This document shows positions 18,022-27,762 of a stretch of 29,618 nucleotides of DNA, piece by piece. The stretch is from a virus (Duplodnaviria > Caudoviricetes). The DNA lies in IMG/VR virus record IMGVR_UViG_3300020045_000605, positions 1 to 29,618 of that record; one strand, 5' to 3'. The notes beneath the pieces are model-generated. The model worked only from the letters and a program-made list of their open reading frames with translations, made no database searches and was not told the origin of the DNA. Every line of letters begins with the position of its first letter. The stretch's first letter is position 1. Made by a program: the position numbers and the translations under genes.

Positions 18022-18657
18022 TTATGTATGATACTCAGTAAAAGTTCCAATAGAATCAATTTCATAATGAAAATCAATTTCCAATAATGCTACATCACTT
18101 CCATAACTATCTGTTCCACCAGTAGCAGTTGCATCCCTAAATAATCTACAAATAAGCATACTTGAAATTGTATCTATAGCAGTCATAGATATTATTCCAA
18201 GTGAAGTTATATAATGAGTTTTTGCTATTAAAGATGTAACAACCGGATAAACATCATTGCCATAAATAATTGTACTATTTCCAAAAACACTTCCAATCTT
18301 TTGTACACTATACTCTAATCCCCAAGAAACTTGCTGTCCAGCACTTCCATTTGAAACTGGAAACCAATGAATATGAGGATAAATTGAAGTTTCTTTTTTC
18401 CAGTTATGTGGTAATTGACAAATAAAATAAATTTCTTCTTCAGTACCAGCATCAAATAAATAAGCAAAAACTCCTTGAGATCCACTACCATTATCAAGTA
18501 CTACTGCAAATCCTGGATCTTTTGATCCACCAAGTTTTGTAGAAGTAACTGGAATCCTTAAATCATTGAATACAGTTTTATCAAGAATAATCCCATTTTC
18601 ATCAATAGTAACAAATCCATCAATTCTTATACCATTTGGAAAATTTGATAAAGTCAT
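18022..18657 (-). CDS. Putative capsid appendage protein (NFPNGI N-terminus plus jelly-roll-like domain)
   Basis: NDLRIP...QLPHNWK...IYPHIHW...EIDFHYEID pattern recalled from phage structural proteins. Confidence 0.6.
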   Translation of the reverse strand: MTLSNFPNGIRIDGFVTIDENGIILDKTVFNDLRIPVTSTKLGGSKDPGFAVVLDNGSGSQGVFAYLFDAGTEEEIYFICQLPHNWKKETSIYPHIHWFPVSNGSAGQQVSWGLEYSVQKIGSVFGNSTIIYGNDVYPVVTSLIAKTHYITSLGIISMTAIDTISSMLICRLFRDATATGGTDSYGSDVALLEIDFHYEIDSIGTFTEYHT

Positions 18658-18692
18658 AATTAATTAATCCTTATAAGTTAAATAAACTTAAA

Positions 18693-18723
18693 TTTCCACA
18701 GAAACATTATATTACTGTGGAAA
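18693..18723 (-). terminator. Hairpin, possible terminator/attenuator between the two appendage genes
   Basis: TTTCCACAG...CTGTGGAAA 9-bp inverted repeat followed by TTTAAGTTTATTT on the minus strand. Confidence 0.5.
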
Positions 18724-18741
18724 GTTAAAATTATTTAAAAA

Positions 18742-19713
18742 TTAAGACTGAACAGCAATTCCAGATGTTGCATAGGTAGGAACAGCTCCAGCAATCAAAA
18801 CACCAGTCGTAGTAGATAACTTAGTATTGTTGATAGAAACACAATTCTTAAGAAGAACTTGACCTACTGTCAAAGTTGCCCCAAATTGAACACATTGTCC
18901 AGGAACGGCGGTTGCATTTTTAGCATTAATGAACGTACAATCATCAAATACCATAATGCGCTCAACGTCAGTTGCACCAGAACCATATACATGTGAACCA
19001 GTTGTACCACCAGCACGTTTCCAGAAATTACAAGATTTAAAATATACATCCCTTGCAACAAGTCCAGTACCAGCAAGACCTTTCGTTACTCGTACAGAAG
19101 AACGAATAATGTCACCAACCTGAAGGTCTGCAATGCTACCAAATGTACAATTAAACAACTGTGTAGAATCTCCATTCATTACAAACTCAGATGCTCCAGC
19201 AGTACTAAGAAGAGATTCTTTATAAAACTCACAGTTATCATAAACAGTATACTCACCACCCTCAAGAACTGTATAAAGACTTTCTGCTTTAGTGTTTGCA
19301 GAGGTAAATTTGATATTCCGAAAACTGTTTCGTACACCAGTATTAAGTATTGCACCTAAATCAGTTGCAGCAGTAGTTACTCCCATAGAAACTTTTGCAT
19401 TTTGTCCATACATCCTACCGCCTGGATCATAACCAAACATATGAACTCGACTCTTACTTACAGTAAGCATCTCAGTTAATACATGACTAGCATTACCCAT
19501 TAGGGCTATGCCTTCATTTTTGTTAGTTGTAATTAATCCCATTGCCTTGGCAATTGTCTTAAATGGCTTAACTGGAGAGTTATCCTTCTCAGCTACTCCA
19601 TCAGACCCATTCCCATAATCAACAAAAAGAACTTTTGTCAATCCCATTGGAACTCCACCAGGAAATGGAATGCCCATACTTGTAATACCATTTGGAAAAT
19701 TTGTATAACCCAT
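18742..19713 (-). CDS. Capsid appendage/spike with right-handed beta-helix (pectin-lyase-like) fold
   Basis: LFVDYGNGSDG...SPVKPFKTIAKA motif followed by repeated xNCxF beta-helix turns; directly after the major capsid gene. Confidence 0.65.
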   Translation of the reverse strand: MGYTNFPNGITSMGIPFPGGVPMGLTKVLFVDYGNGSDGVAEKDNSPVKPFKTIAKAMGLITTNKNEGIALMGNASHVLTEMLTVSKSRVHMFGYDPGGRMYGQNAKVSMGVTTAATDLGAILNTGVRNSFRNIKFTSANTKAESLYTVLEGGEYTVYDNCEFYKESLLSTAGASEFVMNGDSTQLFNCTFGSIADLQVGDIIRSSVRVTKGLAGTGLVARDVYFKSCNFWKRAGGTTGSHVYGSGATDVERIMVFDDCTFINAKNATAVPGQCVQFGATLTVGQVLLKNCVSINNTKLSTTTGVLIAGAVPTYATSGIAVQS

Positions 19714-19725
19714 AATTTTTTCTCC

Positions 19726-19820
19726 TGGGACACTTCTTGTCTCAAAGAACTGCCTGAAAGATTTTAACTTTCATTTACCCATTTGATAAAGCCGTCCTCA
19801 ACTCGTCATCAAAGACGGCT
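19726..19820 (-). ncRNA. Structured RNA element downstream of the major capsid gene (hairpin plus three-way junction abutting the next SD)
   Basis: 13-bp hairpin at 19790-19820. Junction: P1 TGGG/CCCA, P2 TGAAAG/CTTTCA, P3 GGCA-G-TTCTT/AAGAA-G-TGTC. Confidence 0.5.
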
Positions 19821-19865
19821 ATTAATGTAACTTAGTTTAGTCGTTCACTTATGAACACCAAGTTA

Positions 19866-20789
19866 TTACGCTGCACCAGGCGAACCAAAAACACCTCTTG
19901 CATCAGACCAACCAAATGAACCACGGAAAGTTGCTTTGAACTTAGCATTTTCTGTGTCAAAATCATTCTCAGTTCCAAATGCATCCGGTCGACGTTCCAT
20001 GTATTTAAGACCATCAGGACAATTGGTCAAAATAAACCATGCATCAGCATCCGTGAGATAATGATTTACCTTAACACCCTGTGGAAACTTCTTAGAAGCC
20101 TTAAGTGCATTAATATCATTATTCGCAGTACCAGATTGCCCAATAGATTCAAGAATCCGCATTGCATCAAACTCAAGGGCAGTTGGGATAACTAACTTTT
20201 GCGGCATGATAGCAATCTTAAGACCACGATCAGTAGTAAAGCCAGAGATATCAATACATGCTTGTTCAAGAGCTGCTTCACTTAAATCTGCCGCAGTAGC
20301 AAGTTCATTCCGCCAAGTACCACCAGACTTATTCGGATGATCAGTAGCACAAAGCTCCTTACCATCAGAATTAGCTCCCATAGTATAAGAAGAGTTAAAC
20401 GCCCGATTGAGAATATTTGCGCCAATGATCTCTTTGGTCTGCCGAATCGAGAATGCCAACGCATTTGCACGTCTCAACGCAACCGTAACGGCAATACCAT
20501 CTTCATACATTTCTCGAGTAATGATAAACCCAAGACCGTACGTTACATGCGTATAGCGACTAACAAATCCTTGCTCTTGCTCGTCATATGCAACGCCAGC
20601 ACCTTCAGACTTAATCGCAGCAAGACCAAAACCAGTTACACCAGCTTCCTCTTCAAATGCCTTTGTAGAGTTTCCTTTTTCAAAAATCTCCAAATACTCA
20701 ATTGGATATTCTTTATATTTTTGTCCAAACCAGGTTTTTACACCAGGCACTAAATCTTTTGCAAAATTGCTAGTAGTAATAATACCCAT
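19866..20789 (-). CDS. Major capsid protein (HK97 fold, Mu gpT-like family)
   Basis: 307 aa; FAKDLVPG...GFGLAAIKSEG...YGLGFIITREMYED...ADLSEAALEQA...NHYLTDADAWF...SFGWSDARGVFGSPGA; SD AAAGGAG. Confidence 0.9.
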   Translation of the reverse strand: MGIITTSNFAKDLVPGVKTWFGQKYKEYPIEYLEIFEKGNSTKAFEEEAGVTGFGLAAIKSEGAGVAYDEQEQGFVSRYTHVTYGLGFIITREMYEDGIAVTVALRRANALAFSIRQTKEIIGANILNRAFNSSYTMGANSDGKELCATDHPNKSGGTWRNELATAADLSEAALEQACIDISGFTTDRGLKIAIMPQKLVIPTALEFDAMRILESIGQSGTANNDINALKASKKFPQGVKVNHYLTDADAWFILTNCPDGLKYMERRPDAFGTENDFDTENAKFKATFRGSFGWSDARGVFGSPGAA

Positions 20790-20842
20790 TATGAATCTCC
20801 TTTAAAATGATGAATAAGTAGTTTAAGTTAATAGCACACTAA

Positions 20843-21430
20843 TTAAACATCAGTAGCTGCCAACATTTCATGCTCAATGATGGTAACTTCCCACTTGCAA
20901 TAATCACCAAGATCATTATCATCACGATTAACAGCCCGCAAAATCTTACATTGGCCCAATGCAGTAGCAGTGTCACTAGAATCAAGTTCCATTGCAGATT
21001 TGCCTGTAGTAGTAGATCCAGAACCTACAACGATGTCAGTGGACAAACCTACCATTGCAGCAGTAATTGAGTTTGCATCACTGTCTTCTTGGATCTCAAA
21101 GATAACAAAAGGATCATCAACTACAAATACATACATTGCAGTAGCCGCAGGACGATATCGACGCATCGGATAATCTGGATTCGTCATAGTATTAGGATTA
21201 TCACCAAAACCTACAATAACTCCACGAATTGCAGCAGCCGCAGTAGCTTGTGCAACGGTAGGATATTTTCCAGTAGCATCTGCAGCACCAGCACTTTTAA
21301 CTGCATCACCAATAAAAAGAGCAGTATTATCAGTCGATGGAACATAATAAACATTTGCCTTGCCATTCCAAGGAGCACCAATCAAATGTTTTACCGGTTT
21401 AAAACCGAAAGGTGTATCTAAATTAGCCAT
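20843..21430 (-). CDS. Capsid decoration/cement protein
   Basis: 195 aa; MANLDTPFGFKPV...VVDDPFVIFEIQ...STTTGKSAMEL; immediately upstream of the major capsid gene. Confidence 0.7.
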   Translation of the reverse strand: MANLDTPFGFKPVKHLIGAPWNGKANVYYVPSTDNTALFIGDAVKSAGAADATGKYPTVAQATAAAAIRGVIVGFGDNPNTMTNPDYPMRRYRPAATAMYVFVVDDPFVIFEIQEDSDANSITAAMVGLSTDIVVGSGSTTTGKSAMELDSSDTATALGQCKILRAVNRDDNDLGDYCKWEVTIIEHEMLAATDV

Positions 21431-21457
21431 ATCTTTACCTCAACAAAAATTTAAAAT

Positions 21458-21874
21458 TTAAGAAATAATTACATTTCCAGACAAGCCATCTTTACCTTCA
21501 CCTTTAGAGTTACGTCTAATTTGATTCTCTACAGCAGTAATATTAGCTTGTGATTCGGCGCGGTCTGCCTCATAAATCTCTTCTGGGATCTCCATCAGAA
21601 CTGCTCGCTGATTATTACCAACACTAGGATTAGTTGCACTTCCAATATTAGAAGGCCTACCGATTTTAGGATCTCCAGCAGTTATACCATCATCAACAGT
21701 TCCCCATCCAGCATCTTTAAACATCTGAATGCGATCTCCAGTATCATTAACAAACCGGCGCACGAATCCGGACTTTTTCGGTGCAGTTAAAATATTCCGT
21801 GAACCTAACGGTATTCTTTTTCGAGGTTGCTCACCATTACTATTCTGTATTGTTTCTTTTGCTTGATCAGTCAT
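21458..21874 (-). CDS. Head-module protein
   Basis: 138 aa; GFVRRFVND...GW...AVLMEIPEEIY pattern; lies between scaffold and capsid genes. Confidence 0.65.
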   Translation of the reverse strand: MTDQAKETIQNSNGEQPRKRIPLGSRNILTAPKKSGFVRRFVNDTGDRIQMFKDAGWGTVDDGITAGDPKIGRPSNIGSATNPSVGNNQRAVLMEIPEEIYEADRAESQANITAVENQIRRNSKGEGKDGLSGNVIIS

Positions 21875-21875
21875 T

Positions 21876-22091
21876 CTATTTCTCCACGCTATATGAATTC
21901 AAATTTGAAAAAGATTCTGAAATTGGATATGCAGTAGTATAAGATTTTAAAGAATAGCCTACACTTAAAGCACAAGAAAATATCTGAAATTCTTCAACAA
22001 GAACTTTTCTTTTAGTATTATCAGTTTCTCTTAATATTCCATCAAGCATAATATCAATAATTGCATTTATTTTAGCTTCTTGAGAATCCAT
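21876..22091 (-). CDS. Hypothetical protein
   Basis: 71-aa ORF tightly packed between neighbours; SD AAGGAG. Confidence 0.6.
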   Translation of the reverse strand: MDSQEAKINAIIDIMLDGILRETDNTKRKVLVEEFQIFSCALSVGYSLKSYTTAYPISESFSNLNSYSVEK

Positions 22092-22093
22092 TT

Positions 22094-23050
22094 TTAATCT
22101 CCTTGCATCTTTGCAATATCATTAATATATTGTTCTTCAGTCATAATGCCACCACGAACAAATTGGTTCATTATATTAACTTGATCTTGTGTAAGATCTG
22201 ATTTGGTAAACGAACCAGTAGCGCCTTTATTATTTGTAGCTCCATCAACTGGTGAAACAGGCCCAATTGGTTTATTGCTTACAGTAGTTGCAGTATTAGT
22301 TGTTTTTGATGCAAACTTTTCAGGAAAAACTTCTTGCACTTTTTGCCTAACTAACGAATAAATTTTTTCAAGCGGAGCACCAATATAATTCTGTGCTACA
22401 TTCTCTGCATACTGCGCCATAGTTTGATCATTCAAGTACCAATCGTTATCCTTAACCCATTCGTCAAAAACAGGATTTTCAACACTTTCAGAGTTGTTAG
22501 TATTTTGTACTTTTGGTGCATTAATATCTTTTTGCTTCTCTTCAATTTGTGCATCCAACTCTTCTACTTTATTAACATCAGCAAGTTCAACCGCCGACCG
22601 TCGCTCTTTCTTAAGAGTAACTATCTCAGAGTGAAGTTTTTTAACTTCAGCCTGATACACTCTCTCATTATGTTCCTTTAAAGCATTTACAGATGCCTGA
22701 ACTACATTAAGATTCTCTTTCAAGTCTTTATTATGTTTACTCATTGATTTCTGAATATCTTTCGATCTCAGAATATAAGTAACTGCATCTACAGCATCTT
22801 CACCTTGATGATCTTTATTCCAACCAAGTTGAGCAGCAAGTTCTTCTACAGTAGGATTAGCTTTGGTTTGATCAGAATCAGCATTACCAGTAATGGATTT
22901 AGTTTGATTGGAAGATTGATCATCTCCAGAAGCAATCTCCACAGTAGAACCGGCCTTATCACCTGTTGCAACTGTGGCTGTAGAAGAACTTTTATTCTCT
23001 GTTGCACTAATTATATCTTGTACAAATTCTTCGGACATAATAACCCTCAT
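22094..23050 (-). CDS. Capsid scaffolding protein
   Basis: Disordered N-terminus, AAQLGW, coiled coil, FDEWVKDNDWY, C-terminal MTEEQYI. The start may be 23038 (MSEEF). Confidence 0.7.
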   Translation of the reverse strand: MRVIMSEEFVQDIISATENKSSSTATVATGDKAGSTVEIASGDDQSSNQTKSITGNADSDQTKANPTVEELAAQLGWNKDHQGEDAVDAVTYILRSKDIQKSMSKHNKDLKENLNVVQASVNALKEHNERVYQAEVKKLHSEIVTLKKERRSAVELADVNKVEELDAQIEEKQKDINAPKVQNTNNSESVENPVFDEWVKDNDWYLNDQTMAQYAENVAQNYIGAPLEKIYSLVRQKVQEVFPEKFASKTTNTATTVSNKPIGPVSPVDGATNNKGATGSFTKSDLTQDQVNIMNQFVRGGIMTEEQYINDIAKMQGD

Positions 23051-23377
23051 TTAAAAAAGTAACTTAGCTAGTACATCATTATCATTAATCAATACATAAG
23101 ATTCGTTATCCTTTCCAGTCATAGCTACACCAGAATAACGTGCATAACTGATCTTATCTCCAACTACTGCCCAAGGCATACCATCATCAATGTCAGTCCA
23201 TGCACCAGGGCCAATAGCAATTAATCTTCCAACAGTAGCTGCTTGTTGTTCTTTATCCTGAGCTGTTTTAGGAATGTAAATACCACCAGCAGTCTTTTCT
23301 TCAACTTTTTCAGGAAGTACAAGCAAATGCCCACCAGTTGGAATGATACCTGATTGATTAATGTTTTGTTCGCTCAT
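23051..23377 (-). CDS. groES: Co-chaperonin GroES (Cpn10)
   Basis: IPTGGHLLV...EEKTAGGIYIP mobile loop, AIGPG, VGDKISYARYSG, YVLINDNDVLA. Confidence 0.92.
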   Translation of the reverse strand: MSEQNINQSGIIPTGGHLLVLPEKVEEKTAGGIYIPKTAQDKEQQAATVGRLIAIGPGAWTDIDDGMPWAVVGDKISYARYSGVAMTGKDNESYVLINDNDVLAKLLF

Positions 23378-23414
23378 AATTATTACCCTTTTAAATAATT
23401 GTTATTACAGATAC

Positions 23415-23666
23415 TTAATATCCGCTTCTTGTATCAACATCATTATTTACTGAATCACCTTCAAAAGATATATTCAATAACTGATTCAATCCTTCTATAT
23501 GACCTACTATTCTATTAGTAGAACCATGTGTAAATTCTGCGGAACCAATAGTAGCACCACAAGCTAACTGATCTATAAGTTCTTTACGAGCTTTCTTAAG
23601 TTCAGTAAATAGTTCTTTTGTAACTGGATGATTTTTCCACTCTTGGAATTGCTCTGCTGAGATCAT
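23415..23666 (-). CDS. Small post-portal protein
   Basis: 83 aa; FQEWKNHPVTK...GHIEGL; ATGA overlap with the upstream gene. Confidence 0.7.
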   Translation of the reverse strand: MISAEQFQEWKNHPVTKELFTELKKARKELIDQLACGATIGSAEFTHGSTNRIVGHIEGLNQLLNISFEGDSVNNDVDTRSGY

Positions 23667-23875
23667 TTTGATTCCTCTAAAAATTTACGAATTCGATCTA
23701 TTAAAGTCCTATCATAATCTAACATTGCCCAAAGCTGTCTTTGTAATGCATTTAATTCAAATTCACTTAAAGTTTTTAAATTATCAATAGTTGTAATAAA
23801 AGTAATTAATTTAATAATCTTTTCTGCAAGTTCTTTTTGCTCAGTTACAACTCTTTCTTGATAAGTTTCCATCAT
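23663..23875 (-). CDS. Small helical-hairpin phage protein (crAss001_48-like)
   Basis: YQERVVTEQKELAEKIIKLITFI...LQRQLWAMLDYDRTLIDRI pattern; SD AAAGGAG. Confidence 0.7.
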   Translation of the reverse strand: MMETYQERVVTEQKELAEKIIKLITFITTIDNLKTLSEFELNALQRQLWAMLDYDRTLIDRIRKFLEESK

Positions 23876-23895
23876 TTAAGCTCCTTTAAATTCTT

Positions 23896-24072
23896 CTAAT
23901 CTTGTGTTATTTCATCTAATGTTTTCTTTTTATTCTTTGCAATAGTTGCTACATTTCCAGCATAAAAAACATTTTTATCTGGAGTTTTTTCTTTATTTGA
24001 ATCAAGTCCAATTGTACGTAAGAAAGAAAATGTGCCTTTCTTCTTTTTTTCTAATTCATCAGTAGTATCCAT
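23896..24072 (-). CDS. Unannotated 58-aa Lys-rich hypothetical protein (MDTTDELEKKKKG...ITQD)
   Basis: Hand translation. Starts 1 nt after the portal stop with upstream GAGGA and fills the gap. Confidence 0.65.
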   Translation of the reverse strand: MDTTDELEKKKKGTFSFLRTIGLDSNKEKTPDKNVFYAGNVATIAKNKKKTLDEITQD

Positions 24073-24073
24073 A

Positions 24074-26287
24074 TTATTCCTCTTGATTATTACTACTCAT
24101 TCCATATTCTCGTTTCATAGTACTTTCTTTTAACCCACCTGGAGCCTTACCTAAACTTTGTTGACTTCTTCCAAGTTCAAGTTGTCCAGAGATTTGCTTA
24201 TCTTGAAGGGCTAACTTAATCTTATCATTATCCATACCTTCAATAGTTTCTTGCTGTTCAATTTGAGCTTTAGGAACTTCTGCTAAAGTTTTCTGAGTTT
24301 CTGCATTCATCTTATCAACTTTTGCCATTAACTCAGCTATCTCAGCTTGAAGCTTCTGAAGAGTTAATTCTTTTTCTGGATCAGAATCATCTTCAGCAGG
24401 CATGAACCTTTCAATATCTTCAATATCAAGTGCAAGTAAATATTGTCGTAATATTTCTTGATCATTCAATCCTTGCCCACGCAACTCAAGCATAGCTTTA
24501 GCTTTGAGAAGTCTCTGCATCATTGTAGTACTATTCGGATCACTTACCGGAACTACATCGAAATCTGAACTAGAAAAGTCTGATTGAACAATTGCATTCT
24601 GATCATCGAGAACAACGCTGTAAGTCATCTGATCAAGATAAAGAGCATTAAGTCGACGTAACTTGCTAAACTCTTTATATTGACTACGATATAAACGTTT
24701 GTGAATTGCACTATAGACTTGTAAACCTTGTTCAATAAGTGCAAGGACTGATTCAGCTGGAACATTTGCACCTGGAGAATTACCTGCAAGAATTTCTGTC
24801 ATGCCTGCAAGTTCTTTCCCACTTTCGATCATAAGTCCAAGTAACTGGAATAAAACATTACTTGGCTCACGTACAGGCATTGGAAAAATATTCTTTCGCA
24901 GATCATCACCAGTAGCATCGACTGGTTTCCATTCACCTGATTTTACTTGAATTGATTTTCCTCTTCCGAGTTTGAGACCACGACCAAGAAATCCAGACTG
25001 TCGATTTGATAATGTTCCTGCGTCAAGAAGCTGATTAATGACAGTATTTATGGCTGAGTTACTACTCATCAAAAGTGAGCCAAAACCCATACCATAAAAC
25101 CCACCATCAATAGCAGGCATGAAAATGAATCTAGTAAAATACTGTTCAGGTATTATCTTAACAATTTTTCCATTTGGATCAATCGTTCCAGCAGCATTGT
25201 TTGCTCTAATAATTCCATCAGTTGCAAATCTAGGAGATATTCGAACTAACTTTTGTGATTGCTCATGGATAGTTACTACATATGGTTCTTGATAACCATC
25301 ACCATCTAAGTCGTACCATCTATGTTGTTCAAGAAACAAATGTGGAGTTTCATCATCGATATCGGCAGTCTTATCACTGGTAGCTTGGCCAAGTTCCTTA
25401 ATATCAAATTGGATGAATATTCCAGAATTGATGCGCTCAACTATTTCGTTATGGTACAAATAGATTTTATGTGTAACTCTTGGAGCCCTTTCAAGTGATT
25501 CAGTAAAATAATTTACAACTAAATCATCAGCAAAGACAATTTGAGATATAGACTTTCGTTCAATTGAATTGAAGTAACTCTTTTTGAAAACACATCCAAT
25601 TGCTGGGAGAGTAAAAAGTAATTGATCAACACCCTCTTCCCAATCTTCCATTAGTGACAGAAGCTGGAAAGACATGAATTTAGAAATTCGTGAGGCTTTA
25701 TCAAACTTAAGGTTATTTGGATCAGTTCCAATTACCTTGCCTTTGACAACTTCATTACCTTTAATGAGTTCAGGATATGCACGAGCAGCAAACTGAATAC
25801 AGGCATTAATGATTAAAGGATACTTAACATTCGCTACAACTTCACCATTGTAAACTTTCTTCTTTACTAAAAGTTTTGCAAGGTCGATGATTTGCTCATT
25901 GAGTTCTGACCATTCTTTACGGCTAGCAAGATCAGTTTTATAACCTTCAAGAACTTTAGTCGTCAGATCAGAAATTACTTCTTTAGATTGTCTATCAGCG
26001 AGATTGGTGATTAAGACAACTGCTTCAGCACGAAGAGCTTCTTTTTCAACTAATGCAGTTGTAACTGGATCAGATGTTATTGGTGCAATAATATCTTCTA
26101 CTGGTTCTTCAGTTGCCCAAAAAGGAACTTGGCCATTTATAATAGTTTGTTCGTCTTCAGGAAGATTTCCAGTCACACCTGGAGATACCTGTACTGATTG
26201 ATTGGCAATAATAGCATTCGCCATAGGTGTAGATGGATTGCCTGGATTAGCCAGTTCGTCTACAGGAAATTCGTAATTAGTTGCCAT
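24074..26287 (-). CDS. Portal protein (podoviral, with C-terminal coiled-coil barrel)
   Basis: 737 aa after terL; YPLIINACIQFAARAYPEL...GCVFKKSY...GFYGMGFG...NQLLDAGTLSN...PVSDPN. Confidence 0.9.
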   Translation of the reverse strand: MATNYEFPVDELANPGNPSTPMANAIIANQSVQVSPGVTGNLPEDEQTIINGQVPFWATEEPVEDIIAPITSDPVTTALVEKEALRAEAVVLITNLADRQSKEVISDLTTKVLEGYKTDLASRKEWSELNEQIIDLAKLLVKKKVYNGEVVANVKYPLIINACIQFAARAYPELIKGNEVVKGKVIGTDPNNLKFDKASRISKFMSFQLLSLMEDWEEGVDQLLFTLPAIGCVFKKSYFNSIERKSISQIVFADDLVVNYFTESLERAPRVTHKIYLYHNEIVERINSGIFIQFDIKELGQATSDKTADIDDETPHLFLEQHRWYDLDGDGYQEPYVVTIHEQSQKLVRISPRFATDGIIRANNAAGTIDPNGKIVKIIPEQYFTRFIFMPAIDGGFYGMGFGSLLMSSNSAINTVINQLLDAGTLSNRQSGFLGRGLKLGRGKSIQVKSGEWKPVDATGDDLRKNIFPMPVREPSNVLFQLLGLMIESGKELAGMTEILAGNSPGANVPAESVLALIEQGLQVYSAIHKRLYRSQYKEFSKLRRLNALYLDQMTYSVVLDDQNAIVQSDFSSSDFDVVPVSDPNSTTMMQRLLKAKAMLELRGQGLNDQEILRQYLLALDIEDIERFMPAEDDSDPEKELTLQKLQAEIAELMAKVDKMNAETQKTLAEVPKAQIEQQETIEGMDNDKIKLALQDKQISGQLELGRSQQSLGKAPGGLKESTMKREYGMSSNNQEE

Positions 26288-26290
26288 TAG

Positions 26291-27760
26291 TTAATATCCT
26301 GTAACGTGATTTGTTTCTTGAGCGTTGTATAAATCACTTTCTTCCCAGGCCTGAAATTCCCAATATGGTTTAGCAATTGCTCGTTTAAGTCCAGACATAA
26401 TTAAATATCGAGTACAATCCATCAAGTGATCGCGATCTTTAACAATTTGGCCATTTTCATCCCTGCGATAAATTCTAAACTCTGAAAACCAATTAACTAG
26501 AGAAGCAAAAACTTTTACTTTATTAGTACTAAGCATTTGCCAAACTGTATAAAGACCTGCTTCAATTGCTTTATCAGCATTTTCAAGATCTAGTCCAACA
26601 TCAGTAAATAGTTGATAAACATTTTTACCATCTACTTGTGATCTTCCATGAGCAGCCGTATCAATAACTCCAGGTATCCATACTCCCCTGGCCTTAATTC
26701 CTTCTGCATGAATTATAGGTTCAGCTTGACCTTGATAATACTCAGAGTAAAGATAAGTTATATGGCTAGTTGGATCAGTTGCAGCCCATAAACAAGCAGT
26801 CTTTTTCCAACCAACATCAAGTGCATAACAACGTAGCCAATGATCAGGGATTGCAAAATCAGCTACGGTGATGTTACTTTCTAAAATTGGATAAATTGCA
26901 CCAGAACCAAGTTGAGGTACACCTTTCGACCGAGCGTCTCGTTGATGTGGAGGTAAAGCTGCCCAGAGTTTTTCTTTCTGTTCAGTTGTTAAATGTGGTG
27001 CATCATCCCAAGTTGCCTGAATAAGGAACTTACTTCCTTCTTGAACTTCTTCAATCTTACCATTTGGCATGAACTGAAGAACAGTATCCGTGAGTCCTTC
27101 AAGTGGTGTGAAGGTTAGCATAATCAAACCATTTGTTGTCATGGTTCGAGTTATACACTCAGTATAGATCGGCATTGGACATTCTTCATCCAGCCAGATT
27201 AAATCTTGTTCAGTACCCTCAAATGATTTCCTACCTTCAGCATAAGACTTAATTTTAATTCTTGATATTCCACCTGATATGTGCTGAACTAAAATTGTAT
27301 CAACTGCATTAGGTACACCACCAGCTCTTGGTGTTGTCTTTATTATGTATTTTTCTGGAATAAGTCCAGTGCCAAAATCTTCTGGATTTCCAATAAGTTT
27401 GAATTGAACAATATCACGGGCTGTTGTACTAGTTGTTCCACAAGCCCAAATTGATACAGGCTTATTGAAACGTTTTCCAATCCACCAACTAGGATATCTT
27501 CCAGTTGCATGAAGAGTTGTTTCATAAGCACCGATACCTTCGCTCTTACCAATTCTGTTTGCAGCCATAATACAGCGCTCAGAAAACTGATTGCCTGCTG
27601 CAAAGAATTGCATGTGCTTAGGATAATTGTGTCTACTAAGTGGTCCGTCCTCTGGATAATATTGAGTTATCTTATTTTGGCGAATTCGAACATTTTTTGC
27701 CTGCAAAAGTTTTAGATATTGCTCTTTTTTATCTCTATCAAGTGATGAAATATCAAGCAT
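26291..27760 (-). CDS. terL: Terminase large subunit
   Basis: Walker A AANRIGKS, Walker B LIWLDEE, motif LTFTP, nuclease motifs ALDVGW and DHLMDCTRY. Confidence 0.95.
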   Translation of the reverse strand: MLDISSLDRDKKEQYLKLLQAKNVRIRQNKITQYYPEDGPLSRHNYPKHMQFFAAGNQFSERCIMAANRIGKSEGIGAYETTLHATGRYPSWWIGKRFNKPVSIWACGTTSTTARDIVQFKLIGNPEDFGTGLIPEKYIIKTTPRAGGVPNAVDTILVQHISGGISRIKIKSYAEGRKSFEGTEQDLIWLDEECPMPIYTECITRTMTTNGLIMLTFTPLEGLTDTVLQFMPNGKIEEVQEGSKFLIQATWDDAPHLTTEQKEKLWAALPPHQRDARSKGVPQLGSGAIYPILESNITVADFAIPDHWLRCYALDVGWKKTACLWAATDPTSHITYLYSEYYQGQAEPIIHAEGIKARGVWIPGVIDTAAHGRSQVDGKNVYQLFTDVGLDLENADKAIEAGLYTVWQMLSTNKVKVFASLVNWFSEFRIYRRDENGQIVKDRDHLMDCTRYLIMSGLKRAIAKPYWEFQAWEESDLYNAQETNHVTGY

Positions 27761-27762
27761 TA

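Noticed and set aside
19726-19820. Hammerhead ribozyme or c-di-GMP riboswitch
   Set aside because: The conserved cores (CUGANGA/GAAA arrangement; GEMM GCAAA motifs) are not present in the required positions.
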